DNA of 44,952 nt from an uncultured bacterium (lineage in GTDB: Bacteria; AUK180), in assembly GCA_937863565.1 (NCBI GenBank), contig CALMGJ010000031.1, positions 62,001 through 106,952 of the forward strand, read 5' to 3'. A program made the position numbers and the translations under genes. How positions within the stretch are numbered: position 1 is the stretch's first letter; every line of letters starts with the position of its first letter. Of the stretch, positions 37,095 to 44,952 are shown piece after piece. The notes under the pieces are model-generated. The model was not told where the DNA came from and ran no database searches. It worked only from the letters and a program-made list of their open reading frames with translations.

Positions 37095-38455
37095 TTGAGC
37101 CCGGCCCTCTTCCACAGCGCGGATGACAATCTCATACCTCTTTCTATGAGTTCCGCTTCATCGATACCGGTCAGTTTATAATCCTCGACCGTTACCTTCC
37201 CGTTAACGATCACATATTTCGCGGCATGTCTTCTTCCGGAAAAGATCAGAGCTGCGACAGGATCGCTTTGCGCTCCGATATAAGAGATGTCATTCAGGTC
37301 CCAGAGCGTTATATCCGCGGCCTTCCCGGGTTCTATCGAACCTATCGAATCAGACCAGTTCAGAACCGCGGCGCCGCCTTTGGTGCCCATTTCCAGCACG
37401 TCCTTTGTCGTTAAAGCGGAAGCACCGAAGCCCACGCGACCCAGGAGCAGCGCCTGCCTTATCTCGGCAAGGAAATCCGATGAATCGTTGGAAGAAGAGC
37501 CGTCCACTCCCAGGGAGACTTTGACCCCCTTTTTCAGCATAGAGGGGATAGCGGCGATCCCCGACCCCAGACGCATGTTCGATGATGGGCAATGAGATAC
37601 TCCCGAACCGGTTGCGGCCAGATCGTCTATTTCCTTTTCATTGAGATAGATGGAATGCGCAAACCACGCATTGCTGCCGGCCCACCCCAGGTCCTTGATA
37701 TATTCATAAGGCCTTTTCCCGAATTTTTCGATGCAGAAAGTTTCCTCGTCCCTTGTTTCGGCAAGGTGCGTATGGATCAGAAGCCCCTTTTTCTTGGCAT
37801 AATCGGCCGTCTCCCTCATCAATCTCGGCGTTACGGAGAATGGCGAACATGGAGCAAGTGCGATGCGCAGCATCGAATATTCCGAGGGATCGTGATATTT
37901 AGAGATTATCCCGTCAATATGTGCCATAATGCTTTCCTCGGTCTGCACGACATCGTCGGGCGGAAGACCTCCGTCCTTTTCGGAGAGGGACATCGAGCCT
38001 CTTGTGGGATAGAATCTCATACCGATATCGGAGGCGGCCTTTATCTCGTTCTCCATCCAGTGTTCCTTTGCGCTTGCATTGTAAAGGTAAAGGTGATCCG
38101 TTGTCGTCGTTACACCTGTCAACATCAGTTCAGCAAGCGCGGTAAGCGAACTTACGTAAATGTCCTCTTCTTCCAAATGTTGCCAAATGCGGTAATGGAA
38201 TTTGAGCCACGGGAACAGTTCGGCGTTCTGGGCATCTGGAAGGTTCCGGGTGAATGTCTGATAGAAATGATGATGAGTGTTCACAAAACCGGGAAGCGCG
38301 ACAAGGCCTTTCGCATCGATCATCCTCTCCGGTTTCGCTTTCAGGCATTTGCCCACCGTTTTGACCGAATGACCTTCAATGAGCACATCCATGTCTTTAA
38401 AGCGGCCCCCGGTCACTGTTTCGAGAGTGCCGATATTCTTTATGAGTATGCTCAT
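37091..38455 (-). CDS. 8-oxoguanine deaminase-like amidohydrolase (Atz/Trz family)
   Basis: 'PGFVNTHHHFYQT.TR', 'LF.WL', 'APCSPFSV', 'HTHLAET', 'HCPSSNMRLGSG', 'GVDGSSSND'. Confidence 0.9.
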   Translation of the reverse strand: MSILIKNIGTLETVTGGRFKDMDVLIEGHSVKTVGKCLKAKPERMIDAKGLVALPGFVNTHHHFYQTFTRNLPDAQNAELFPWLKFHYRIWQHLEEEDIYVSSLTALAELMLTGVTTTTDHLYLYNASAKEHWMENEIKAASDIGMRFYPTRGSMSLSEKDGGLPPDDVVQTEESIMAHIDGIISKYHDPSEYSMLRIALAPCSPFSVTPRLMRETADYAKKKGLLIHTHLAETRDEETFCIEKFGKRPYEYIKDLGWAGSNAWFAHSIYLNEKEIDDLAATGSGVSHCPSSNMRLGSGIAAIPSMLKKGVKVSLGVDGSSSNDSSDFLAEIRQALLLGRVGFGASALTTKDVLEMGTKGGAAVLNWSDSIGSIEPGKAADITLWDLNDISYIGAQSDPVAALIFSGRRHAAKYVIVNGKVTVEDYKLTGIDEAELIERGMRLSSALWKRAGLK

Positions 38456-40743
38456 AGCTCTCCCAGCATGCGAAGCACATTCTCGGGATTAAGAGGGAAT
38501 TTTTCCGTTCTTTTCCCGATTGCATTATAAAGAGCATTCGCTATCACCGGCATAGGACCGTTTATACCGATCTCGGAAACGCTTTTTGCGCCGTAGGGGC
38601 CGGTGGGCTCATCACTTTTGAAAAGTTTCACTTTCATGGGGGGAACATCCTTTATCCCGTAGATCTTGAAATCCTGGAAAGTACCGTTCTGCATCTTTCC
38701 TTTTTCATTGAAGATATACGATTCCACCAGCGCATATGAAAGTCCGTTCACAGCCGCGCCCTCGACCTGCCCTTCGGCAAGGACCGGATTGATCGGAGTT
38801 CCGCAGTCAACGCCGCAAATATACTTCAGCACCTTTATCTTCCCCGTCCATGTATCCACTTCTATTTCAGCGAATGTTGCCATGAAAGGAGGTGGCGAAA
38901 CCGGTGAAATATGGGAACCGAATGAAGCGATCTGGAACTGGTCATCCATGTACAGGCTGTAAAGGCCCACCTCGCTGTAAGACCTTTTTTCATTATTCGC
39001 CTTATTCGTGCAGAATGCGTTCTCGCACAGGATGTTCTCTTTATCCGTTTTCAGCATTCTTGCAGCGACCGCCTTTATCTGGTCAAGCACTTTTTCCGCG
39101 GCATCTATAACGGCTCCTCCGGAAATATATGTCGTGGATGACGCATATGCTCCTACATCGAAAGGCGTCATATCGGTATCGGACGAATATACTATTATGT
39201 TCTCCGTGGGAACGCGGAGTGTTTCTGCTGCGATCTGAGCCAGAACAGTATCAGAGCCCGTACCCAGGTCCGTCGCTCCGATATTAAGATTGAATGAGCC
39301 GTCTTCGTTCATTTTTATTGAAGCGCTGGCCATATCCACCAGAGGTATCCCCGAACCCTGCATGAATATCGCCATCCCCTTTCCTTTCCTGAAGCGTCCT
39401 TTTTTGCCGGCCGGCGGCTGCCGGTCCTCCCAACCGATCTCCTTGAGTCCCCAATCGATGGCTTCAGCAAGTGTCGAGGACTGGATATATTGTGCAACGC
39501 CTTCTTTCCCTTCGCCGAGAGCTGCGAAAATAGGCGAAGTTTCCCCTTTCTTTATATGGTTGATCCTTCTGAATTCTACGGGATCGATCCCGCATTTTTC
39601 CGCAAGCATGTCCATCACCTGTTCAAGGCATGCATAGCCCTGTGTAGCTCCGTAACCGCGGTATGCACCGGCCACGGGAAGATTCGTATAAACGGTCGTA
39701 CCTTTGAACCTTACATTGTCCGTTTTGTAAAGAGGCAGGCATTTGCTCCCGGAATTGAACATGACGGTCAGCGCATGTGAACCGTACGCTCCTGTATTGG
39801 AGATGACCTCCATGTCTATGGCGTTTATCTTCCCTTTCTTGTCGGCACCGGCCCGGACCTTCACGATCATCGGGTGTCTTGTGCGTGAAGTGAATTCCTC
39901 CTCACGGGTCAGCTCGACCTTGGCAGGAAGCCCGGTAAGAAGAGTGACCTTGCCGGCAAAATATTCAAGATAGACTTCCTGCTTCGTACCGAAACCTCCC
40001 CCGATGCGCGGTTTGATCACGCGGATGTTTTTTTCCGGGATCTCAAGGACCCTTGCGCATATCCTTCTCACATGAAAAGGCACCTGTGTCGAGGTTCTTA
40101 TCACGAGTCTTCCCTTTTCGTCAAGATAAGTTATACAGACATGCGGTTCTATCGGAGCATGCTGGGAATAATGCGTTTCGATTTCCAGTTCCGCTTTCAC
40201 ATCAGAATCCTTGAGGGCTTTTTCCGTATCGCCTACCTTGACCTCAACGAATCCCGGTATGTTCTTCGAAGCGTCATAAATGCCCGATGCATAACTCTCG
40301 TCATGGATCACAGGTGCGCCGGGAACGGAAGCTTTCCTCGGATCGAGCACGGCAGGAAGTTCCTTGTATTTTACATTGATGAGCTTGAGGGCTTTAAGAG
40401 CGGTCTCTTCACTTTCGGCAGCCACAAGAGCCACATAATCTCCGGCGTACCGGACTTTGCTGTCGAACATATATGTATCGTACGGTGAAGGTTCGGGATA
40501 TCCCTGGCCGGCAGTGGTATGGGGTATCCTCGCAGTATTCTTATGATGGAGTACGATCTTTACGCCTTTCAAGGCCAGTGCTTTTGTATCGTCAATATCC
40601 TCGATCAGGGCATGTGCAAGGGGGCTTTTCAGGAATTTCACATACAACATCCCCCTGAACTCTTCGTCGGCGGTGAATTTAGCGCGGCCGGTCGCCAGAG
40701 AGAGACCGTCCACTTTAATCTTATTGGTATTAACCTCTCTCAT
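38452..40743 (-). CDS. Molybdenum hydroxylase molybdopterin-binding subunit (XdhD/YgfN-like, xanthine dehydrogenase family)
   Basis: 'GQGYPEPSPYD', 'GGGFGTKQE', 'AYRGYGATQG', 'GAYASSTT', 'GQVEG', 'GAKSVSEIG'. Confidence 0.92.
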   Translation of the reverse strand: MREVNTNKIKVDGLSLATGRAKFTADEEFRGMLYVKFLKSPLAHALIEDIDDTKALALKGVKIVLHHKNTARIPHTTAGQGYPEPSPYDTYMFDSKVRYAGDYVALVAAESEETALKALKLINVKYKELPAVLDPRKASVPGAPVIHDESYASGIYDASKNIPGFVEVKVGDTEKALKDSDVKAELEIETHYSQHAPIEPHVCITYLDEKGRLVIRTSTQVPFHVRRICARVLEIPEKNIRVIKPRIGGGFGTKQEVYLEYFAGKVTLLTGLPAKVELTREEEFTSRTRHPMIVKVRAGADKKGKINAIDMEVISNTGAYGSHALTVMFNSGSKCLPLYKTDNVRFKGTTVYTNLPVAGAYRGYGATQGYACLEQVMDMLAEKCGIDPVEFRRINHIKKGETSPIFAALGEGKEGVAQYIQSSTLAEAIDWGLKEIGWEDRQPPAGKKGRFRKGKGMAIFMQGSGIPLVDMASASIKMNEDGSFNLNIGATDLGTGSDTVLAQIAAETLRVPTENIIVYSSDTDMTPFDVGAYASSTTYISGGAVIDAAEKVLDQIKAVAARMLKTDKENILCENAFCTNKANNEKRSYSEVGLYSLYMDDQFQIASFGSHISPVSPPPFMATFAEIEVDTWTGKIKVLKYICGVDCGTPINPVLAEGQVEGAAVNGLSYALVESYIFNEKGKMQNGTFQDFKIYGIKDVPPMKVKLFKSDEPTGPYGAKSVSEIGINGPMPVIANALYNAIGKRTEKFPLNPENVLRMLGEL

Positions 40744-40744
40744 C

Positions 40745-41212
40745 TCATTCCCCCTTCCTCATTTCTTCGGCGGCCTTCAGAACAGCCTGTTCTATTTTCT
40801 CATATCCCGTACACCTGCAGAGATTGCCCGAAAGAGCTTCCGCTATTTCTTCCTTCGAGGGTTTTTTATTATTGATCAGGAGGGCATATGAAGCAAGGAT
40901 CATACCCGGCGTGCAGAATCCGCACTGCACGGCACCCGCTGCCGCGAATGTTTTCGAAAGAATGTGCGGAGAATTGATATCGCCGAGGCCTTCAAGCGTG
41001 ATCAAAGCATGGCCGTCGGTCTGGGCCGCATACAGAATGCATGAATTGACGAGCTTCCCGTCCAGGATCACGGCGCAGGCACCGCAGTCGCCGGTCGAGC
41101 ATCCCCTTTTCACGCTTTTATAACCTGCATCCCGCAAAAGATCGATAAGCTTCGTATCGCAAGGTACATTGAACTCCTTGAATTCATTATTTATCACGAT
41201 CTTAATTTTCAT
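40745..41212 (-). CDS. Molybdenum hydroxylase 2Fe-2S subunit
   Basis: 'GCSTGDCGAC', 'QCGFCTPG', 'GNLCRCTGY'; start ATG 41212 after AGGAG. Confidence 0.92.
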   Translation of the reverse strand: MKIKIVINNEFKEFNVPCDTKLIDLLRDAGYKSVKRGCSTGDCGACAVILDGKLVNSCILYAAQTDGHALITLEGLGDINSPHILSKTFAAAGAVQCGFCTPGMILASYALLINNKKPSKEEIAEALSGNLCRCTGYEKIEQAVLKAAEEMRKGE

Positions 41213-41972
41213 GTGCCCACTCCTTGATCTCCTTGAGCGATGCGAGCAGTATCTTCCTTTTAAACTCCGCATTGCCCCTGAGGTCATCTATGTATTTCAC
41301 ACCGGGGTCGATGCCAAGGCTTTCTGCCTGATCCGCGGCGATACTCTTCACGAAGGGTTTCAGAACGCTGGCGCCGCAAGCGATCCGCACTTTGCCGCCA
41401 TCCTTGTGCGCTGCGACGATCGATGTTGGAATATCATCTTCGGTCCTTGAAAAGCGGCTGTAATAAACCTTGCCAACATCCTTCCTCGGGATGATCACTT
41501 CGTAAAGGAGCATATCCTTAAACAGTGTCCTGTTCTCGATGAATGCCTCGATGCCCGTCTCACGCCGGCCTTCCATTCCCTCAAATACCAGTTTCGCCTC
41601 CATGAGAAGAAGCGGAGGAAGAGTGTCGTTCCAATTGAATCCCGACATCACGTTCCCTCCGATCGTCGCTACATTCCTGATCGTAACCGGGCCTATATGC
41701 CGTGCGAACTTTTTCATCAGGTCTCCGCAGCAGTCGATGTCGCTTTCCATTATCGATGTAAATGTCGTGAAACTCCCTATCCCGTATTCTTCATCCGTGA
41801 TCCGTATCCTGTTCAATCCGAGATCCTGGATGTCGATGAGCGTATCAATATCGGGATAGTTGGATTTTACTACAAGCGTCCCGCCGGCGACGAATTTGCT
41901 CTTTGGATGCTTACGTTTTGCCTCAAGCATCTCCTGAAGCGATCTAGGCTTTAAGTAATTTCTGATGGTCAT
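41202..41972 (-). CDS. Molybdenum hydroxylase FAD-binding subunit (YgfM-like)
   Basis: 'YLKPRSL.E', 'VAGGT', 'IRNVATIGGN', 'DDLRGNAEFKR'; start ATG 41972 after AGGAG. Confidence 0.88.
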   Translation of the reverse strand: MTIRNYLKPRSLQEMLEAKRKHPKSKFVAGGTLVVKSNYPDIDTLIDIQDLGLNRIRITDEEYGIGSFTTFTSIMESDIDCCGDLMKKFARHIGPVTIRNVATIGGNVMSGFNWNDTLPPLLLMEAKLVFEGMEGRRETGIEAFIENRTLFKDMLLYEVIIPRKDVGKVYYSRFSRTEDDIPTSIVAAHKDGGKVRIACGASVLKPFVKSIAADQAESLGIDPGVKYIDDLRGNAEFKRKILLASLKEIKEWAHEN

Positions 41973-43194
41973 GATCTCTCCTGTATATGACATTTCCTTT
42001 TTTTACCGTATAAAGAACATCATTGCCCGCGATGGAATAGAACATGCTTTCAAGGTTCGGGAGGTCCATGATGACGGCATCGCCCTGTTTGCCGATCTCC
42101 AGAGTTCCGCAAAGGTCCTGCATTTCAAGAGAGCACGCGGGATTGATCGTAAGCGCATTTAAAATTTCATTCACCCTCATACCGCATTTCAGGAGGGCGA
42201 GCTGAGCAAGGAACTGGATATTCGCGCTGTATGAAGTCCCGGGATTAAAATCGCAAGAGAGCGACAGCGTCACATCGGCGTCTATGAGCCTGCGGGCATC
42301 CGGATAGTTCTCCGTTCCCAATGAGAATTGGGTCAGCGGCAATAGCGTAACATTGGTACCTTTGGATACGATGAGCTCTACCTGTTCGTCATTAAAGAAA
42401 TCGAAGTGATCGATCGATGCGATATCGTATTCCCTGAGAAGAAGGACAGCGAGGAAATCGGACAGCTCATTGGCATGGATGCGCACTTTTAAACCGGCTT
42501 CCGAAGCCGTTTTTATCATTGCTTCGGCCTCTTCGTTCGTGAAGGCGATATGTTCGGCCCATACATCGAAATAATCTGCTAGACCGGAACCGGCGACATT
42601 TATTATCCTTGTCTTTACCGAATCGATGAATTCCTTCTTGTTCTCTCCTTTAGGAAGCACATGACCTCCGAGAAAAGTTATTCTGATATCCTGCCGGAGA
42701 GTCCTTTTAAGATCGTTCAGTATTTTAAGAAGACGCAACTCCCCGTCACCGAGATCATAACCTGTTTTTGCCTCGAAAGCCGTTATGCCGTTACGGGCGA
42801 AACGCAAAGCGTTCGAAAGGAATACTGTTCTCAGCTCATCGTCACCGGCGGCCCGGGTACGTGCAATATTGTAGTTTATCCCGCCTCCTTCGGCAAGTAT
42901 TTTCTCGTATTTCTTCCCCCTCATCCTTTCAGTGAACTCCCTTTCTCTCGTTCCCGCGTAGATGGGGTGTGTATGTGCATCTATGAAGCCCGGGAGGGCT
43001 ATCCCTCCTTCCGCATCGACCACATCATCGCTGTCCGCCGCTTCTATAGCCGGTTCGATCCTCGTGATATAACCGTTCAAGATCTCGATGTCGCAATCAC
43101 TGTATATTTTGATCGTATCCAGAAGATTAGAGCGGAGCGGATGGAAACCTTCGGATGTGTATATTTTCCGAAGATTTTTGATAACCGTTCTCAT
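41944..43194 (-). CDS. hutI: Imidazolonepropionase-family amidohydrolase (divergent)
   Basis: 'PGFIDAHTH', 'Y..I..EGGGI', 'EAKTGY', 'TFLGGH', 'HANEL', 'DH', 'DFNPGTS'. Confidence 0.85.
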   Translation of the reverse strand: MRTVIKNLRKIYTSEGFHPLRSNLLDTIKIYSDCDIEILNGYITRIEPAIEAADSDDVVDAEGGIALPGFIDAHTHPIYAGTREREFTERMRGKKYEKILAEGGGINYNIARTRAAGDDELRTVFLSNALRFARNGITAFEAKTGYDLGDGELRLLKILNDLKRTLRQDIRITFLGGHVLPKGENKKEFIDSVKTRIINVAGSGLADYFDVWAEHIAFTNEEAEAMIKTASEAGLKVRIHANELSDFLAVLLLREYDIASIDHFDFFNDEQVELIVSKGTNVTLLPLTQFSLGTENYPDARRLIDADVTLSLSCDFNPGTSYSANIQFLAQLALLKCGMRVNEILNALTINPACSLEMQDLCGTLEIGKQGDAVIMDLPNLESMFYSIAGNDVLYTVKKGNVIYRRDHDHQKLLKA

Positions 43195-43200
43195 AACATA

Positions 43201-43229
43201 ATTATATTATATTTCCCGTGATTTTTCAA
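43201..43229 (-). promoter_or_regulatory. Sigma-70-type promoter 6 nt upstream of the hutI ATG (probably leaderless)
   Basis: TTGAAA-17 nt-TATAAT-tatgtt-ATG. Confidence 0.75.
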
Positions 43230-43330
43230 AGTTTTTTCTTAATTTTCAGCGGTTCACGGAGGTTTATATTCAATATGCCGGACCTTTTTACGGAAAGCGG
43301 TGTTTTCCGGACCAAAGGTGTTTCTTCCGA

Positions 43331-43359
43331 TTGAAAAAAGTTGAGAATTGTAATATAAT
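43331..43359 (+). promoter_or_regulatory. Sigma-70-type promoter 8 nt upstream of ATG 43368
   Basis: TTGAAA-17 nt-TATAAT-cagtgaac-ATG. Confidence 0.75.
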
Positions 43360-43367
43360 CAGTGAAC

Positions 43368-43820
43368 ATGAAAATAATCGATTCGTTAAGACCTGAATCA
43401 ATATACGTTTCGGATGAGATCATGTCCAAGAACGATCTTCTCGACTTTCTGGCCGGGGAATTTGCTTTGAGCGGAGGGTATCGGAACGAGCTTCTTCAGA
43501 GTTTCTTTAAACGCGAGGAGCTCGCATCGACGGCTATCGGCAACGGGATCGCAATACCGCACGCCATATGCCGATGTTTCCCCGGTTCTCTTGTTAAGAT
43601 TTGCATCAACAGAAAAGGCATCGACTTCGGCGCGGTGGATGGGAAACCGGTCTTTCTGATCATAGCCATAGCAGCCAATACCGATAATCAGAAGGCTTAT
43701 CTGTCTCTTCTTTCAGATGCGGCAAAGATATTCTCGGACGACAGGACGCTTAAAAGGATCCTTTCCGAGGAATCGGCAAAGAAGATCTACGGGATTGTAA
43801 AAGAGATCTCCAAAGTATAA
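43368..43820 (+). CDS. PTS EIIA component (fructose/mannitol/Ntr family), stand-alone
   Basis: 'REELASTAIGNGIAIPHA', 'GIDFGAVDGKPV.LI'. Confidence 0.9.
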   Translation: MKIIDSLRPESIYVSDEIMSKNDLLDFLAGEFALSGGYRNELLQSFFKREELASTAIGNGIAIPHAICRCFPGSLVKICINRKGIDFGAVDGKPVFLIIAIAANTDNQKAYLSLLSDAAKIFSDDRTLKRILSEESAKKIYGIVKEISKV

Positions 43821-43847
43821 AAAGACCCGGCGGAGGATAGCCGCGAT

Positions 43848-44822
43848 ATGGAAAAGAACATCTCCAAGCTGAAAACCTTCAATCTCAAGATCATAACGGG
43901 ATCGGAGTATAATCAGAAGAAGATCCCCATGATGCAGTTCGAAGCACCGCATAAAGGGCCCGTGATCTGGCTTACGGCCTGCGCACACGGAGATGAGATC
44001 GGGGGGATAGTGATCATTCAGGAATTGTTCAGGATGTTGAAAAAATACGGCCTGACGAAGGGCACTGTCTTCTCCTTCCCGCTTATGAACCCGATAGGAT
44101 TCGAGACGGGCAGCCGCAATATCTCTTTCAGCAAGGAGGACCTAAACAGGACATTTCCCGGAGATCCGAAAGGTACGCTGGCGGAAAGGATAGCCTATAA
44201 GATCTTCACCGTGATCACGGACACGAAACCGGACCTTGTAATTGATCTTCACAATGACTGGATCAATTCCACTCCATATGCCGTGCTGGACAATATCGGA
44301 GAGGACCAGGAAATTGCGAAAAAGATCCTGCTTTATGCAGAGGATTCATCCCTTTTGATAGTTCAGGAAGGAACGGAGGAGGATCGAGAGCTCAGCCGTA
44401 CGCTTACAGCGAGCCTTTTAAGGAAAAGCATCCCCGCCTTGACCTGTGAAATGGGATCGTCTTTCACCATCGATGAGAAAAATGTACGGTACGGACTTGC
44501 GGCAATATGGAACATACTCTCAAGAGCAGGCATGACAAGGCCGCTTTCAGGACCGTCCGCAGAGATCGTAGATAATCCTCTGAAAGGCAAAGTTCTGCAC
44601 TATGATGAGCATCCCTATGCTTCATCATCCGGGATAATCAGGTTCATGAAAAAACCCAAAGATCTTCTGAAGAAAGGCGAAGCTTTTGCCAAGATATACA
44701 GCCCGTTCGGGGTTTTACTGGAAACACTGCGCGCTGAGGCGGATTCCATCATGTTGGGTTATTCTGATCTTTCTGTATCATTTCCGGGAAAATCCGTCGC
44801 TGCGTTCGGGATTATTTCCTGA
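43848..44822 (+). CDS. Succinylglutamate desuccinylase/aspartoacylase family (M14) deacylase
   Basis: 'AHGDE..G', 'NP.GF', 'DLNRTFPG', 'IDLH', 'TCEMG'. Confidence 0.88.
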   Translation: MEKNISKLKTFNLKIITGSEYNQKKIPMMQFEAPHKGPVIWLTACAHGDEIGGIVIIQELFRMLKKYGLTKGTVFSFPLMNPIGFETGSRNISFSKEDLNRTFPGDPKGTLAERIAYKIFTVITDTKPDLVIDLHNDWINSTPYAVLDNIGEDQEIAKKILLYAEDSSLLIVQEGTEEDRELSRTLTASLLRKSIPALTCEMGSSFTIDEKNVRYGLAAIWNILSRAGMTRPLSGPSAEIVDNPLKGKVLHYDEHPYASSSGIIRFMKKPKDLLKKGEAFAKIYSPFGVLLETLRAEADSIMLGYSDLSVSFPGKSVAAFGIIS

Positions 44823-44826
44823 AGAT

Positions 44827-44952
44827 TCAATCTATAGTAAAATAATCCGCTTCTTCTTTAAGCCCGTGTGAGACCTTGTTCAGGTTCTCCACAAGATTAA
44901 CGAGCTGACGCGTTGAAACGGCGCTCTGGTTCGCTACGCTCGATATATCCTT
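44827..44952 (-). CDS. 3' end of a probable methyl-accepting chemotaxis protein (partial)
   Basis: Manual translation KDISSVANQSAVSTRQLVNLVENLNKVSHGLKEEADYFTID* resembles the C-terminal methylation helix of MCPs; only 41 aa are visible. Confidence 0.6.
   Translation of the reverse strand, partial: KDISSVANQSAVSTRQLVNLVENLNKVSHGLKEEADYFTID

Noticed and set aside
37592-38530. 312 aa plus-strand ORF, and many similar antisense ORFs in the track
   Set aside because: They are shadows of well-supported genes on the opposite strand, with no motifs or translation signals.

Overview
Gene-dense window from a diderm bacterium (Lol and Lpt envelope genes, T9SS-like cargo and barrel), standard genetic code. 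No rRNA, tRNA, CRISPR array, integrase or transposase was recognised. Left to right: (1) a large secreted LVIVD-repeat/Ig-like-repeat protein with a T9SS-type C-terminal domain, coupled to a truncated PorV/PorQ-like barrel; (2) a 13-gene, tightly coupled minus-strand operon: mocA, xdhC-family, 2Fe-2S subunit, FAD subunit, NTPase, OM barrel, lexA, pgi, asd, membrane protein, lolC, lolD, lptG; (3) a roughly 12 kb, visibly more AT-rich signalling block with three histidine kinases, two stand-alone receivers, an HD protein, a GAFTGA sigma-54 activator and several orphan exported proteins, where three transcription units carry sigma-54-like promoters each preceded by an ATGT-N12-ACAT palindrome; (4) a discoidin protein divergent from an active/inactive DUF3857-transglutaminase pair plus uvrC; (5) an operon of a divergent HutI homolog, a three-subunit XdhD-type molybdenum hydroxylase, an 8-oxoguanine deaminase-like enzyme, a P-loop ATPase and a lipoprotein; (6) PTS EIIA, an M14 deacylase and the 3' end of a probable chemoreceptor. 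Five sigma-70 promoters sit 5-8 nt from start codons, suggesting frequent leaderless transcripts. All family calls come from motif recognition by eye; no database searches were run.
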